64,000 nt of DNA from an uncultured Polyangiales bacterium (lineage in GTDB: Bacteria > Myxococcota_A > Polyangia > Polyangiales > DASUME01): contig CAZEWA010000002.1 of NCBI GenBank assembly GCA_964515685.1, positions 7,932-71,931 on the forward strand, in the 5' to 3' direction. Below, piece after piece: positions 63,264 to 64,000 of the stretch. The position numbers were made by a program, and so were the translations under genes. Each line of letters starts with the position of its first letter. Within the stretch, counting starts at the first letter, position 1. Under the pieces are notes generated by a model. The model was given only the letters and a program-made list of their open reading frames with translations. It made no database searches and was not told the origin of the DNA.

Positions 63264-64000
63264 TCAGCGAGCCTCACCGCGGGTCGTGTCGACCAGGCGG
63301 GAGAGCATGTAGTCGAGCCCAAGATCCGTATCGGCGTCACACAAGCGCGTGCCGTTGACATAGAGCTGTGGCGTGAGAACCGGCAGGCGATTGTCCACGG
63401 CCCAGCGCAGAGCTTTGTTCAAGCGCGCCTTGGTCTTGGTGGTGCCGATACAGCCTGCCACGGCGGGGAAGCGCTCGATAGCGAGCTTTTGTGCGCTGCC
63501 CTTGTTGGTGCGCTCGGCGGCGAGGATTTCGTCTTGTTCATCGAATGCCCAGGTGAGCACTTCGTGAGCCTGGTCGCCTGCACACAGCATGGCTTCGCTG
63601 ATAGCGCAGGCGCCCGGATGCACCGCACTCTCGACCATCCAGTTGCACTGGTTATCGAGGGGAAAGAGCATGGCCATGCGCCGGGTTTTCTCGCTTGCGG
63701 AGAGTGCCGAAAAGCGGTGTTCGAAGGCGCGGCAGGCCGAGCACAGAGGGTCGAGCACTTCGATGACCTGCGGGCCATCTTGGGGGCCGCCGAGCGGGAT
63801 CAGGACATTGCCTGCGTCGCTCGGCTTCTCGAGCTTTCCGCATGCGCCGACATAGCTATCGAAATCGGGAGCAGTCGCGGCATAGGCGCCGACCGATACG
63901 AAGACAAAGGCGCAGCCGAGTAGAAACGAGAGGCCCAGTGCTTGATTCGACAGCGTAGAGGAGGGTGGGGCCGCTTCGTTTTGTGCGCGCCGCCAGGTGA
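63264..64000 (-). CDS. DsbA/thioredoxin-fold thiol-disulfide oxidoreductase, 5' end beyond the right edge (possibly the C-terminal domain of a VKOR fusion)
   Basis: The reading frame stays open to position 64000: ...LGLSFLLGCAFVFVSVGAYAA (TM helix)...VIEVLDPLCSACRAFEHRF (CxxC). The ORF-track start at 63758 is an internal GTG. Confidence 0.7.
   Translation of the reverse strand, partial: TWRRAQNEAAPPSSTLSNQALGLSFLLGCAFVFVSVGAYAATAPDFDSYVGACGKLEKPSDAGNVLIPLGGPQDGPQVIEVLDPLCSACRAFEHRFSALSASEKTRRMAMLFPLDNQCNWMVESAVHPGACAISEAMLCAGDQAHEVLTWAFDEQDEILAAERTNKGSAQKLAIERFPAVAGCIGTTKTKARLNKALRWAVDNRLPVLTPQLYVNGTRLCDADTDLGLDYMLSRLVDTTRGEAR

Overview
This is a visibly GC-rich bacterial chromosomal segment (GC not computed) whose gene content points to a myxobacterium (Myxococcota). 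It carries many eukaryote-like Ser/Thr kinases, very large TPR proteins, an MJ0042-type zinc-ribbon protein, a sigma-54-activator-like regulator, many lipoproteins and a Glt/Nfs-like envelope cluster. I support about 50 protein-coding genes. By eye I found no rRNA, tRNA, CRISPR array, transposase or integrase.

Recognisable housekeeping genes are uvrC, pyk, cysK, phoH, zapA, 5-formyl-THF cyclo-ligase, purine nucleoside phosphorylase and bamD, plus a TlpA/DsbA-type envelope redox operon.

The regions most worth a second look:
1. A nine-gene, translationally coupled Glt/Nfs-type trans-envelope cluster (39.8-51.0 kb) with no motor genes nearby.
2. A three-gene coupled operon (18.5-23.9 kb) encoding an outer-membrane barrel with CarboxypepD_reg domains, a FecR-like lipoprotein and a Ser/Thr kinase with a TonB-C-like tail. 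It looks like kinase-based cell-surface signalling.
3. A four-gene carrier-protein cassette (28.3-32.1 kb: acetyltransferase, adenylating enzyme, PLP decarboxylase, carrier protein) followed by an AraC regulator.
4. A 52-aa protein with 13 Cys, metallothionein-like, downstream of a TetR gene.
5. Three signalling proteins with degenerate catalytic motifs readable directly in the sequence: a pseudo-receiver/non-GAFTGA EBP, a giant HRD->HGH pseudokinase-TPR protein and a histidine kinase with a degenerate ATP lid.
6. A lipoprotein with all six PHM/DBH copper ligands plus a CxxCH motif, and a C2-like+PDZ lipoprotein.

All functional calls rest on motif recognition by eye and on gene order. No database search was possible.
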